Shown here piece after piece: positions 34,105 through 43,121 of a DNA stretch of 60,471 nt. Position 1 is the first letter of the stretch, and each line of letters starts with the position of its first letter. The translations under genes were made by a program, and so were the position numbers. Origin of the DNA: a virus; IMG/VR virus record IMGVR_UViG_3300025651_000001; one strand, written 5' to 3'. The notes beneath the pieces are model-generated. The model was not told where the DNA came from and searched no databases. It saw only the letters and a list, made by a program, of their open reading frames with translations.

Positions 34105-34348
34105 TGTTGACCTCCTCCTCGCGCGCCTTCGCGCGAGCCTCAGCCTCAGTCGCGCGCCTCTCCGCCTCCCTCAGAGCAGCCTCGATGCGCTCCCGCACAG
34201 CGTCTGCTGCCTTCTGCGACCGGGCCTGTACCTCGCCCTGGCAGCGCACATACCCCCTGTTCTCGGCCCATTTCTGCGCATATAGCACAGCGGCGGCGAT
34301 GCCGAGGCCGATCCAGACCTGTCGCGGGATGAGGGCGAACCAGCTCAT
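34007..34348 (-). CDS. i-spanin (113 aa)
   Basis: N-terminal TM (WFALIPRQVWIGLGIAAAVLYA), then an Ala/Glu/Arg-rich coiled coil. ATGA overlap with the endolysin stop. Confidence 0.7.
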   Translation of the reverse strand: MSWFALIPRQVWIGLGIAAAVLYAQKWAENRGYVRCQGEVQARSQKAADAVRERIEAALREAERRATEAEARAKAREEEVNNVIRDAATVKVGTCVPPAVVERLQRIQNNVGR

Positions 34349-35499
34349 GACCACTCGCCCTCGCGGTAGCTGCGCACCTCCTCGCGCCGTGCGTGCCAGT
34401 TCTTGTAGATCACGTAGCCCAACGCCAGGGCGAGCAGGATCATGGAGTGATCGGCCACGAACCGCAGCACGTGCTCCACCGTCTCAACGGCCGTCGTCAG
34501 GGTCTGAGAGTGCTCGGCCAGATCGCGCAGCTGGTCCGTCAGGCTGCTCCGGTCGGCGACTTCGGTGCCGGACACAGCCACAGCGACCGTCCCAGCCGTC
34601 TTGATGACATCCTTTGCGTCGGCGGCGGCCGGGGAACGCTCCTCGATCTCCTTCACCGGCACATCAGAGCGGTCGGGGCGCGGGCGCTCGGCGCTCTCCT
34701 CCAGCGCCGCCATGTCCGCCTCCGTCACTTCAACCGTCAGGGGGCGTCCGTTGTCGGCCTTCCAGGCGAGCACCGCCGCTCGCGTCGAGGGCCCAAAGGA
34801 CCCGTCGATGCGGCCGGGCGTGTAGCCCCGCTCCGCCAGCAGCTCCTGCAGGAGCCGGACGCGGGCGCCGCGCGACCCGACCTGGAGGACGGTGCCCGAG
34901 GAGGCGCGCGACCACTTGTCGTAGGCGGCCTGCAGCTTCGCGTCGTAACGGTTCTTTTTATAGCCGGCGCCGTTCCAGCGCCGCGCGAAGCGGGCCCAGT
35001 CCCGCTGGCGCAGGGCCTCGATGAGGCCCCAGGTGGCCGCCAGCCTCATCATCGCGCGCAGCTGGGCGCGTTCGCCGGTCTTGAAGTCCTCGACCATGTC
35101 CGCCGCCGAGCTGTAGCCGGCCGCCTGGGCGTTGAACCCCATGATCTGGCCCAACCCCCAAGAGCAGGAGTTGAGCGCCGCCCTCTCGTTGACGGCCATC
35201 GCCGCCTCCAGGCGCGCATATTGCTCGTCCATGGAGCGTGGATAGGGCTTAGTGCCCTGCTTCTGGTAGACCACCACGCCGCGCCGGGCCGCCTCTGTGC
35301 GGGCCTTTTCCGTCTTGAGCTCGCGCCACATGATGTGGGGCTCGTACAATATCTTGACGCGACGGCGGGAGTCAAAGCCGCTCCCGTTGGTCTCTACCTC
35401 GACGACCGCCCGGACGTGGGCGACTTCCAGGCCGTACTCAGACGCAATCGCCCGATAGTCCTGCTCGCTCAGACGGTTGCCAGTGCCCTTCCAGTCCAT
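34345..35499 (-). CDS. Endolysin: N-acetylmuramidase-like domain plus PG-binding domain plus a C-terminal hydrophobic segment (384 aa)
   Basis: The N-terminus resembles the DUF3380-type muramidase family. PG_binding_1-like GSRGARVRLLQELLAERGYTPGRIDGSFGPSTRAAVLAWKADNG. The C-terminus has SMILLALALGYVIY. Confidence 0.7.
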   Translation of the reverse strand: MDWKGTGNRLSEQDYRAIASEYGLEVAHVRAVVEVETNGSGFDSRRRVKILYEPHIMWRELKTEKARTEAARRGVVVYQKQGTKPYPRSMDEQYARLEAAMAVNERAALNSCSWGLGQIMGFNAQAAGYSSAADMVEDFKTGERAQLRAMMRLAATWGLIEALRQRDWARFARRWNGAGYKKNRYDAKLQAAYDKWSRASSGTVLQVGSRGARVRLLQELLAERGYTPGRIDGSFGPSTRAAVLAWKADNGRPLTVEVTEADMAALEESAERPRPDRSDVPVKEIEERSPAAADAKDVIKTAGTVAVAVSGTEVADRSSLTDQLRDLAEHSQTLTTAVETVEHVLRFVADHSMILLALALGYVIYKNWHARREEVRSYREGEWS

Positions 35500-35555
35500 T
35501 GTCCCGCTCCACTGGTAGATGCGGGACGATAGCTGAAGTCAGACCAAGAGACAAA

Positions 35556-36569
35556 TCAGGCAGTGATCTCCCAGCCCGCCTCCATGGCGTTGATACCGGC
35601 CGGGGTCCACGACGCGCCGGTGTTAGGGTCAACCGGGAAGAATGCGCTTTGTCCTGAATAGGTAGCCGCGTTCGGGACACTGAGATCAGTGCCGTTGCTG
35701 ACCTCTGTCGAGCCAGACCGCACCCGCGCCTGGATCTTGCGGGAGACTGAGGCCTCAGAGCGGGCCTTGATGTATACCTGGGCGCCGATGATCGCGCTGG
35801 GCGTGCCGGAAAGGTCCGCGAGCTGGAACAGGTCGATGCTCCCCGCGTTCTGGCTCTCTACGCGGGTGGCGTCGTCGTCGCCGCCCTGCGGATCACTCAC
35901 ACACTCCCAATTCGACGCGGCTCCAACCGGCGTACCATCGTTCTGGTTGCCGTTGCCGATGGGCCTCAGAGTGTGGATGCGGAAGTCGCCCAGGGGTGCG
36001 CTGTTGGGTGCGGCGCCCGTGTGGGACCAAACGGCGATGTCGTCGAACCGGCCAGCCATCCATCTGGCGATCTCCATACCAACATAGTCCTGAGTGCCGG
36101 TATTGCCGGTGAAGTTGACCACCAGAGCCTCGTCCACCCAGATCTTGAGTGTGCCCATCGAGGCGTGGCGGTAAGCCTCAATCTCAATGCGGCACCACTG
36201 GTTCACCGGCATGTTGAAGGTCGCGAACTCAGTGCTGCCGTTGCGCACCGAGACCAGACCGGGAGACCCTGAGCTAGTGTAGAACCTGACCGGGGAACTT
36301 CCCGACACGGGCGTCAGTTGAAACCAGTAGTCGGTGCCGACACTGATGAGGTAGACAGCGAAGCTCACGCTCACCCGGTTCAGGGCGGCCCAGGTGGCCA
36401 TCAGAGTGGACGACTGGCCGCTCGTTCGGTTGAAGCAGCCGCCGCCGTAGCGTCCGAGGTTCGTACTGTAGTTGCCGGTCATGTTGCCGGTGGTGGTCCA
36501 GACGCGACTGCTGGCCATGTCCGTCCCGTCGTTGTAACAGTCGAAGCCGTCGGCGAGGATAATAGCCAT
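35556..36569 (-). CDS. Tail fibre / receptor-binding-like protein (337 aa)
   Basis: ATG lies 5 nt after the upstream stop. Beta-rich Gly/Ser/Thr/Asn composition. Last structural gene before lysis. The 559-aa ORF extension is rejected. Confidence 0.55.
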   Translation of the reverse strand: MAIILADGFDCYNDGTDMASSRVWTTTGNMTGNYSTNLGRYGGGCFNRTSGQSSTLMATWAALNRVSVSFAVYLISVGTDYWFQLTPVSGSSPVRFYTSSGSPGLVSVRNGSTEFATFNMPVNQWCRIEIEAYRHASMGTLKIWVDEALVVNFTGNTGTQDYVGMEIARWMAGRFDDIAVWSHTGAAPNSAPLGDFRIHTLRPIGNGNQNDGTPVGAASNWECVSDPQGGDDDATRVESQNAGSIDLFQLADLSGTPSAIIGAQVYIKARSEASVSRKIQARVRSGSTEVSNGTDLSVPNAATYSGQSAFFPVDPNTGASWTPAGINAMEAGWEITA

Positions 36570-36574
36570 TGAGT

Positions 36575-37156
36575 TCACCCAGAAATGATGAGGGGGCGCC
36601 GACGCGACGCCCCCTGGCCGCCCGAGGCGACCGAGGCCAGCACCTCGACGGCCACCATGGTGACGCGCACGGGCAGCTTCTCCTGCAGGAGGACTTCCCC
36701 GGCGATCATCGTTGTGAATACGCGCGGTATAACCCCGACCTGATACAGTCGCGTCTCGTCGGCCGACCACGGCCGGACGTTCTCGAAATTGGCTACATCG
36801 TTCCAGACCAGCCCGTCGTCTGAGCTCTGGAGAGTGAAGTTGCCCGGCGGCGAGACTGGCGATAAGGATCCGTAGGGCCTCAGAGCCAATTCTACAATGT
36901 CTACTGGTGCCGCGAACTGGTACATCAGCCAGTGAGGCCCGGCGCTGCTGTCTGACTCCCAACGCGTGTCGACGTTGCCGTCGAATGCGTTTTCCGCCCC
37001 TGTCGAGCCGGTCAGCTGGCTGGACGCACTCGCGGTGCCCCCGGTGGCGACGTTGGGGCCGCCGATGGTGGAGCGCATCTCGCAGATCGCTACGCTGGTG
37101 CGCGAAAAACCAGGGAAGTTCGCGGGGAAAAACAGTCGCCAGTAGAGATGAGCCAT
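36575..37156 (-). CDS. Discoidin (F5/8 type C)-like carbohydrate-binding tail protein (193 aa)
   Basis: Motif AENAFDGNVDTRWESDSSAGPHWLMYQF is typical of discoidin domains. Confidence 0.6.
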   Translation of the reverse strand: MAHLYWRLFFPANFPGFSRTSVAICEMRSTIGGPNVATGGTASASSQLTGSTGAENAFDGNVDTRWESDSSAGPHWLMYQFAAPVDIVELALRPYGSLSPVSPPGNFTLQSSDDGLVWNDVANFENVRPWSADETRLYQVGVIPRVFTTMIAGEVLLQEKLPVRVTMVAVEVLASVASGGQGASRRRPLIISG

Positions 37157-37887
37157 CAGCGCGTCCCCGCCAGCGTGATCGAGACATCGGCAAGGGTGGC
37201 GTCTTGGGGTGTGGGGGCCCGTATCGTGAGCACATCGCCCGGCGCGAATGTCTGATCTGAGGCGAACGTGAAGGTGCCGGTGGCGCTCGCGTTGAAGTCG
37301 ATCGATCCCACGGCGGCCCCGTTCTTGCTCAGACTGAACGACACGTTGCCCGTCGAGCCCACCCCCGCGCTGGCGTGGGAGCCGGCCAGCCCGCTCGGAA
37401 GAGTCACCGTCCTCACGAACACGTATCTCACCACAAGTTCATTGTCTTCTGGCTTGCCGCTGATCGACGTGCCTACGTCGTATGGGACGGGGACGGGTCC
37501 CGATCCACCGGAATTGACCTCGTACACGTCCATGCCGTCGGCGGTCCCGTCCGTGATCACAAGGACGGCGACGCCCGGGGCCAGATCGTAGGTGGTGGCG
37601 CCGCGAACAAGCTGGACATTCTCGGTGTTGGCGCTGTCCGCAGTAATGATCGCGAAGCGCTTGGACTGGAACAGCGTCACGGTGCGCCCGGCGACCGTCG
37701 CGTCCGTGATCCGGAAGCGGACATTTCGGGTCCACTGCTGCTGCGTGAGCGCCACGTTGCCGCTCGCCACGCTCACCGACAAGGTCTCCGTGATTGCAGC
37801 GTCGAGGATGCCGTCACTGTCGTTGACAGTGACCTCCTTGGCGTTCTGGTTCTGGGTCAGAGTGGGTCGATTAAGGTTGTTCGACAT
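37156..37887 (-). CDS. DUF2793-like tail fibre protein (243 aa)
   Basis: The N-terminal LTQNQNAKEVTVNDSDGILDAAI resembles the DUF2793 signature (Q.QKE.T.NEAL..LD). Confidence 0.55.
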   Translation of the reverse strand: MSNNLNRPTLTQNQNAKEVTVNDSDGILDAAITETLSVSVASGNVALTQQQWTRNVRFRITDATVAGRTVTLFQSKRFAIITADSANTENVQLVRGATTYDLAPGVAVLVITDGTADGMDVYEVNSGGSGPVPVPYDVGTSISGKPEDNELVVRYVFVRTVTLPSGLAGSHASAGVGSTGNVSFSLSKNGAAVGSIDFNASATGTFTFASDQTFAPGDVLTIRAPTPQDATLADVSITLAGTR

Positions 37888-40800
37888 AAAGGGTCACCCT
37901 GTTTCCCATTCCTCGACCAAAGTAGGTGCCAACCTGGTACACCGCGAAGGTGAGCTGGGTCGGCGGGGAGACGAAGCCGTCTGCCACCTGGTCCGCCGCC
38001 GTGTAAGTGTACTCTGGACTGGTCAGGCCGTCAACAGTCCTCACCGGCACGACATCGCCCGGCGCCGCGAAGATGTCGATTGAGTACAGCTCCTCAATCT
38101 CGGACAGAGGCGTGTCGCCGTCGCCGTCGTGCATCTCGCTGAACTCGCGGTCGCGCCGCTGCCAGGTGATGTCGAGGTCCCCGCCATCGTTGACCACGCG
38201 AGGGTTCGCCACAGCATAGGGCTGCTGGGCCACCGCGTTGATGAAGTGAGATGTGATCTGGGCATCGGACAACCGGACGCCGAGCCCCTGCGCCCGGTAC
38301 TGGACGAGCTGGCCCAGCTGGCCCGCGTCGAACTGTTGGCCCGTCAGCGGCAGGTCCGTGAGCTCGTTGATCAGGAATACGTAGTCGCCGGCCTGGTGGT
38401 TGCCCACGTTCGGATCGGTGCCGTCACGTCCACGGATGAGGCCCGAGAGGGCAATCACCCCGTTGCCCTCGTCCGTGACTTCCATGAAGCCCACGCACTC
38501 CCAGCGGCCCCGGTTGCCGACCAGCACGCGGTTGGTACCGTTGAGCATATCCAGGTATGTCGTGTTCTGGAAGTCGGACGCCTCGCCGTGGAGGAGCCGG
38601 AACCTGATCACGTTGTCGTAGTCAGTCTCAAAGATCGATCCAAGCGGCGCGCCGAGCGGCGCGAGGCAGGTCCCGAAGATCGGCAGCTGGTCGCGGTAGT
38701 CGATGGCTGTGTAGGTGTAGTTGTCCATCGACCGCTTGAGCGTGGCGTTTTTCCAGCCCGGCTGGCCGAAGTGGACGACCGCCACACCAAAGGAGGGCTG
38801 TCCGTCCTCGTGCGGCGTCGGAAAGTACTGCAGCCGTGGCACGTCGACAACGACGGCGATGCTGAAGCTGGAGCCGGGCACCACGTTCGGCGGCATCTTC
38901 GGCGGCGCCACAACGAGCGACGTGCCGTCCCGCGTCAGGAAGTTCTCGGCAACAACGGTGAGGCTCAGATCGCCGTTGAACGTCACGTCAGTGATCTTCA
39001 CCACGTAGGCGCCGGAGCCCACGTCCAGAGAGATGACGTCCGATGGCTCCAGCAGCATGTGGCGCCAAGGCAGGCGGAACTGATGCCGATCCTTCGCGTG
39101 CCACATGCGGTAGAGCGCCCGCAGGGCCCGGTTGAGCGCCTCACTGGCCGTCATTACGATGGGCACTGAGACGTTCTGGACAATCGTCGTCTGCGCCGTG
39201 ACAACGGGGAACTGAGTGCGCCGCGCATTCTGCGTCGCGTACTCAAAGTCAATGTCCTGGTCCAGGTAGCCGAGCTCAAGCGTGTTGGGAAGGCGCCCGG
39301 CTGGCGTGATGTGCGTCTCGACGTTGGCCAGCGGGTTCTCGCCGTCCTCCAGCGGGGCCAGATCGTCGAGCGTGAGGTTGGCGACCACGGACACGTTCTC
39401 GTTGGTGCCTGCCCGGGTGATCTTGATGCGTCCCTCGCTCTCCACCACGTCGAAGCCGAAGACCTGTGACAGGTCCGTCATCAGCTGCTTGAACGAGGTG
39501 CGCTGGGTGAGCAGCGCGCCGGTGATCTTGTCATCGATGCCGCTGATCGTGATCTGGTTGTTTTTGTAACCGGCCTCCAGGGCAGCCCAGCGGATGAAAT
39601 CGGACAGGTTGACCTGCTGGTCGCTCGCGCGGTCAACGTAGACGCGGCCGGGCGCGTTCGTGTCCCCGGAGTAGGCCAGGGGAGTGCGCACAAACGAGTT
39701 CGTCGCCGGCTCATAGTGTCGGTACGAGACGTTGATAGGCTGGGCCTCACCGCTCGGGTTGTCCAGTGGTCTGGCGCTGATGGAGTCAATGATCTGGTAG
39801 CCGCCGGAGATCATATCGACCACGACAGCGTCGCCGCCCAGCGACGGATGGCATTCATACATGAACACCTGGAAGTTGGTGTCTGCGGAGTTGTCCCCAG
39901 GCATGAAGGGGTCTGTCTGGTTGCCCAGAAGGGAGCCGGCCGGCGGCGGCACCTCAGCAGTCCAGAGAATGTCGTCCTGGATACTGGCGTCGAAGCCGGC
40001 GTCCTTGCGTTCGATCTTCACCACCTTCGTCATGTTGGAGGCCGGCCGCAGCGTGCTGGGCGTGCCCACCAGTTCGTACAGGACGCAGAAGTTGAGGTCA
40101 ATCGGGTCCTTGACCGCGTAGAGCGGCCGGGCCCCGGGCTCCAGCGTGGTGCTCACGCCCATAGTCGGCGGGCTGTAGCCGGTTATCTTGCCGATAGAGA
40201 CGCCCGGCGCCACCTCAAAGGGACCACCCATGATGTAGTACCAAGCCCACTTATACATGACGATGAGGCGTCGGATCGTGCCATCCAGACAGACCAGGTG
40301 GAACATCGTGGTGTACGGGTTCATCGGCACATCAACTTTCTCGGTGCCAATGATGCCGACGACGCGCACGCCGAGAGGAACTTCCAGCCAGTCTGGTAGA
40401 CCCACCACGCTGAACTCGCCTGGGCCAGCGGGGCGCATATTGTACAGACCTGCCCCCTTGTTGCCATTGTAGTTGTTGCGGTTGATCGCGAACAGACTGA
40501 TCCGGTTGAAGATCTTGCCCGCGCACAGCATCAGGTCATACGAACGAACCTGGGCGTTGTCGTAGATGACTTCACCACCGCCGGCCGCCGCCAGATAGCC
40601 GATCCTCAAGTCAGGCATGTGGCTGAAGCCGATCTGGCCCGGCATAGCGATGGGCGGCGTCTGGGCGATGACGCGGCCCTCGTTCGGATCGATGCAATAC
40701 ACGGGCTGCTGGCTGTGGCCGGTCGAGGGCGGCGTCCAGATGCGCCCCTGGTAGTCGATGGCGCAGCCCTGGTCGAACGCGAAGAAGATGTCCTGACCGG

Positions 40801-41587
40801 TGGAAGGCACCGACTGATCATGGACGCCCATCCATCCATAAGCGCGCGGGTTTTGCTGATGGATTATAGTCTTCTGAAACAGCTCCTTGCCCGTGGTCAG
40901 GTCCCAGCAGCGCAGAATGTTCGGATCGTCGCCGATGGTGAAGATGGAGTGCGTCGCATACAGCAGGTTGCGCGACCCGTCCCAGAGGTGCCAGGGCTCG
41001 GCCTCCGTGGTCAGCGTCGAGAGGTTGTCGAACAACTTGTAGTAGTCTACCTGTTCGCCGACATCCGTGATCTCGGCCCTAATCTCAGGGATCGCGCCAT
41101 TGCCGTAGTCCGACAGGGGAAAGTTGTTGAATACCACGTAGATGAGGCCCCGGAAGGCAGGCGCGTTGCCCTCGCCCTCGGCCTTCTCGATGGTGCGGTC
41201 AGGCAGCTGGGTCTCGGCCCCATTGTACACACGGAAGCTCACCCCGCGCAGGTACGTGGGGCTGCTGATCGACGTGCGGTCGAGGACGAGGGAGCCGTTG
41301 ACCCAAAGCTTCAGAACCTGGGCGCGGAAGCCGGCTGTGGGGCGGCCGAAGGCGACGGCGAGGTCTACCACGGCCACGGTCTTGTCGGCGCGCGGCATGA
41401 ACCGCACGGCGCTCGTCCAGATCGGCACGCCGGTGACGCGCCGCCGGCCGTAGCCCGCCACGATGGGCTTGCCGTATGGGGACGCAGCGGCGCCCCTGAT
41501 CTCGAACGGATCGGCCGTGCCGCCGCGCGCCTTGCGCTGCTGGTTCGCGGCATTGATGTAGGTGTTGGCCGTAATTGGGAAGTACAC
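37871..41587 (-). CDS. Central tail fibre / host-specificity (gpJ-like) protein (1238 aa)
   Basis: Called from size and position, directly after the hub genes. GTG start with a GAGG RBS. Confidence 0.7.
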   Translation of the reverse strand: MYFPITANTYINAANQQRKARGGTADPFEIRGAAASPYGKPIVAGYGRRRVTGVPIWTSAVRFMPRADKTVAVVDLAVAFGRPTAGFRAQVLKLWVNGSLVLDRTSISSPTYLRGVSFRVYNGAETQLPDRTIEKAEGEGNAPAFRGLIYVVFNNFPLSDYGNGAIPEIRAEITDVGEQVDYYKLFDNLSTLTTEAEPWHLWDGSRNLLYATHSIFTIGDDPNILRCWDLTTGKELFQKTIIHQQNPRAYGWMGVHDQSVPSTGQDIFFAFDQGCAIDYQGRIWTPPSTGHSQQPVYCIDPNEGRVIAQTPPIAMPGQIGFSHMPDLRIGYLAAAGGGEVIYDNAQVRSYDLMLCAGKIFNRISLFAINRNNYNGNKGAGLYNMRPAGPGEFSVVGLPDWLEVPLGVRVVGIIGTEKVDVPMNPYTTMFHLVCLDGTIRRLIVMYKWAWYYIMGGPFEVAPGVSIGKITGYSPPTMGVSTTLEPGARPLYAVKDPIDLNFCVLYELVGTPSTLRPASNMTKVVKIERKDAGFDASIQDDILWTAEVPPPAGSLLGNQTDPFMPGDNSADTNFQVFMYECHPSLGGDAVVVDMISGGYQIIDSISARPLDNPSGEAQPINVSYRHYEPATNSFVRTPLAYSGDTNAPGRVYVDRASDQQVNLSDFIRWAALEAGYKNNQITISGIDDKITGALLTQRTSFKQLMTDLSQVFGFDVVESEGRIKITRAGTNENVSVVANLTLDDLAPLEDGENPLANVETHITPAGRLPNTLELGYLDQDIDFEYATQNARRTQFPVVTAQTTIVQNVSVPIVMTASEALNRALRALYRMWHAKDRHQFRLPWRHMLLEPSDVISLDVGSGAYVVKITDVTFNGDLSLTVVAENFLTRDGTSLVVAPPKMPPNVVPGSSFSIAVVVDVPRLQYFPTPHEDGQPSFGVAVVHFGQPGWKNATLKRSMDNYTYTAIDYRDQLPIFGTCLAPLGAPLGSIFETDYDNVIRFRLLHGEASDFQNTTYLDMLNGTNRVLVGNRGRWECVGFMEVTDEGNGVIALSGLIRGRDGTDPNVGNHQAGDYVFLINELTDLPLTGQQFDAGQLGQLVQYRAQGLGVRLSDAQITSHFINAVAQQPYAVANPRVVNDGGDLDITWQRRDREFSEMHDGDGDTPLSEIEELYSIDIFAAPGDVVPVRTVDGLTSPEYTYTAADQVADGFVSPPTQLTFAVYQVGTYFGRGMGNRVTLYVEQP

Positions 41588-41595
41588 AGCACACC

Positions 41596-42522
41596 TCAGC
41601 CGGAGTAATACATCGAGCCCCCGGACCCCGCGCCAGGTGGCGTGGTGGTCTCGGGGAGGGTGGGGGTGGCGGCGCCGCCGCCGGCCGCTGACGTGTCCGG
41701 GATGAACGGCTCACCCCGGAAGTTGAGCCAGTTGTTGTAGCGGTTCTTGCAGGTGTCGGGCTGCTTGTCACACCCGGGGTAGAGCCGGGCCGTGTCACCA
41801 ACCTGGATGGCTGAGCTGGTGGGCAGGAACAGGGTCACCGACTTGTCGGCCTGACTGGAGGTCCTGATCTCCAGGGGTTGGCCCACGTTGGCGCCGCTCG
41901 TCCAGACGCACACCCCAAGCTGCCAATAATTGTCCTCCTCCGTGAGCTCGTCGGCCGTGAACGTGAGGCCCGCATCAGGCACTCCGGTCACGATCACGTT
42001 CAGCGCCAGCGCCTCAATATCGACTTTGCAGCGACTGTCCCCGAGGTCCGCCCTGCAGGCAGGGCTGTAGGTCTCAATGAAGATCTGGGAGTCATCGCTG
42101 AAGAGGCCGTCGAGCTCAAACCGGCAGTAACCCTTGTCCGTGATCTGGATGTCGAAGATGCGACCGTTGAACTCGGTGACCATACCGTTGGCTGGGGTGC
42201 GCCAGTCGGCGGTGTAGATAGTCACCAAAGAGTCATCAAACTGGCCGGTGCGCAGCTGTTCCTCGGTCAGCCCCTCCTGGGCGAGGTCCGCGAGCAGGAT
42301 CTCAAGAGTGACCGTCGACAAGCCAGCGGAGAGACTATTCATGATCGCTGAGCGCGTGAAGCCGCGCGTGGCAACGTAGGTATTGCCCCCGATGACTACA
42401 TCCTCATCGTGATCAGTGAATCTGTACACGTAGCCGTCCCGCCGGCTGAGCTCAACCAGGCCGCAGAGATAAGTGACCTCCTGGTCGATTGCCGCCTTGA
42501 AGCCGGGAGAGGCGTTCTTCAT
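41596..42522 (-). CDS. Tail hub protein (DUF2163 / BR0599-like, 308 aa)
   Basis: Follows the distal tail protein, in GTA-like tail module order. Called from synteny plus remembered family features. Confidence 0.5.
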   Translation of the reverse strand: MKNASPGFKAAIDQEVTYLCGLVELSRRDGYVYRFTDHDEDVVIGGNTYVATRGFTRSAIMNSLSAGLSTVTLEILLADLAQEGLTEEQLRTGQFDDSLVTIYTADWRTPANGMVTEFNGRIFDIQITDKGYCRFELDGLFSDDSQIFIETYSPACRADLGDSRCKVDIEALALNVIVTGVPDAGLTFTADELTEEDNYWQLGVCVWTSGANVGQPLEIRTSSQADKSVTLFLPTSSAIQVGDTARLYPGCDKQPDTCKNRYNNWLNFRGEPFIPDTSAAGGGAATPTLPETTTPPGAGSGGSMYYSG

Positions 42523-43121
42523 TCGCGCACCTCCACCACGGCGATCTCCGGGATGGAGCCGACCTGCTCCCAGATCACCTCGATGGGAAGCGTGTCCACA
42601 TCGAAGCGAACTGGAACGTCAAACTCAAAGTCAGCAGTCACATCCTGCCCGGCCGGCGGGATCGCGGACGGCTGAAAGCGCACAATTCCAAGCGGCAGGA
42701 GAGTGTAGTCAGCCGGCGGCACTACCACGCCATTGACGTACACCTGGAGCGTATTGGCTACGGGCCGCGTGATGCGCCGGTCGTAGGTCACCAGGCTCGT
42801 GTAGCGCTTGCGCAGAGCAAAGTCCGTCTGGGCGCCGTCCCCCGTCCCGAGCAGCTGTCCAACGGCCTGGAAGTCTGACCAATCCTTGAAGCGGAAACCT
42901 CGCGCGCGACCTTGTCGCGCGTAGAAGAATTCAAGAACGTCGTTGTAGTCTTCCTTGGTCTCCACCCCGTAGGAGATGTCCCAGCGACCGCGCGTGCGGG
43001 CCCAGTCAACGTTGCGCTGCTCAAAGCCCGAGGACAACTGGATGACAGTCGTCTTAAAGCCGGGTCCTCCTCGGGCCCCCTGCTCGATATCCTCGGGCAG
43101 TCGCACATCGTCAAACATCAC
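42519..43121 (-). CDS. Distal tail protein (DUF2460-like, 200 aa)
   Basis: Immediately downstream of the tape measure gene with a GTGA overlap. Confidence 0.55.
   Translation of the reverse strand: MMFDDVRLPEDIEQGARGGPGFKTTVIQLSSGFEQRNVDWARTRGRWDISYGVETKEDYNDVLEFFYARQGRARGFRFKDWSDFQAVGQLLGTGDGAQTDFALRKRYTSLVTYDRRITRPVANTLQVYVNGVVVPPADYTLLPLGIVRFQPSAIPPAGQDVTADFEFDVPVRFDVDTLPIEVIWEQVGSIPEIAVVEVRE

Noticed and set aside
35556-37235. 559-aa ORF spanning two tail genes.
   Set aside because: Its N-terminal 220 aa are an out-of-frame overlap of the discoidin-domain gene (36575-37156) and are Arg-rich junk. A clean ATG at 36569 sits 5 nt after that gene's stop.
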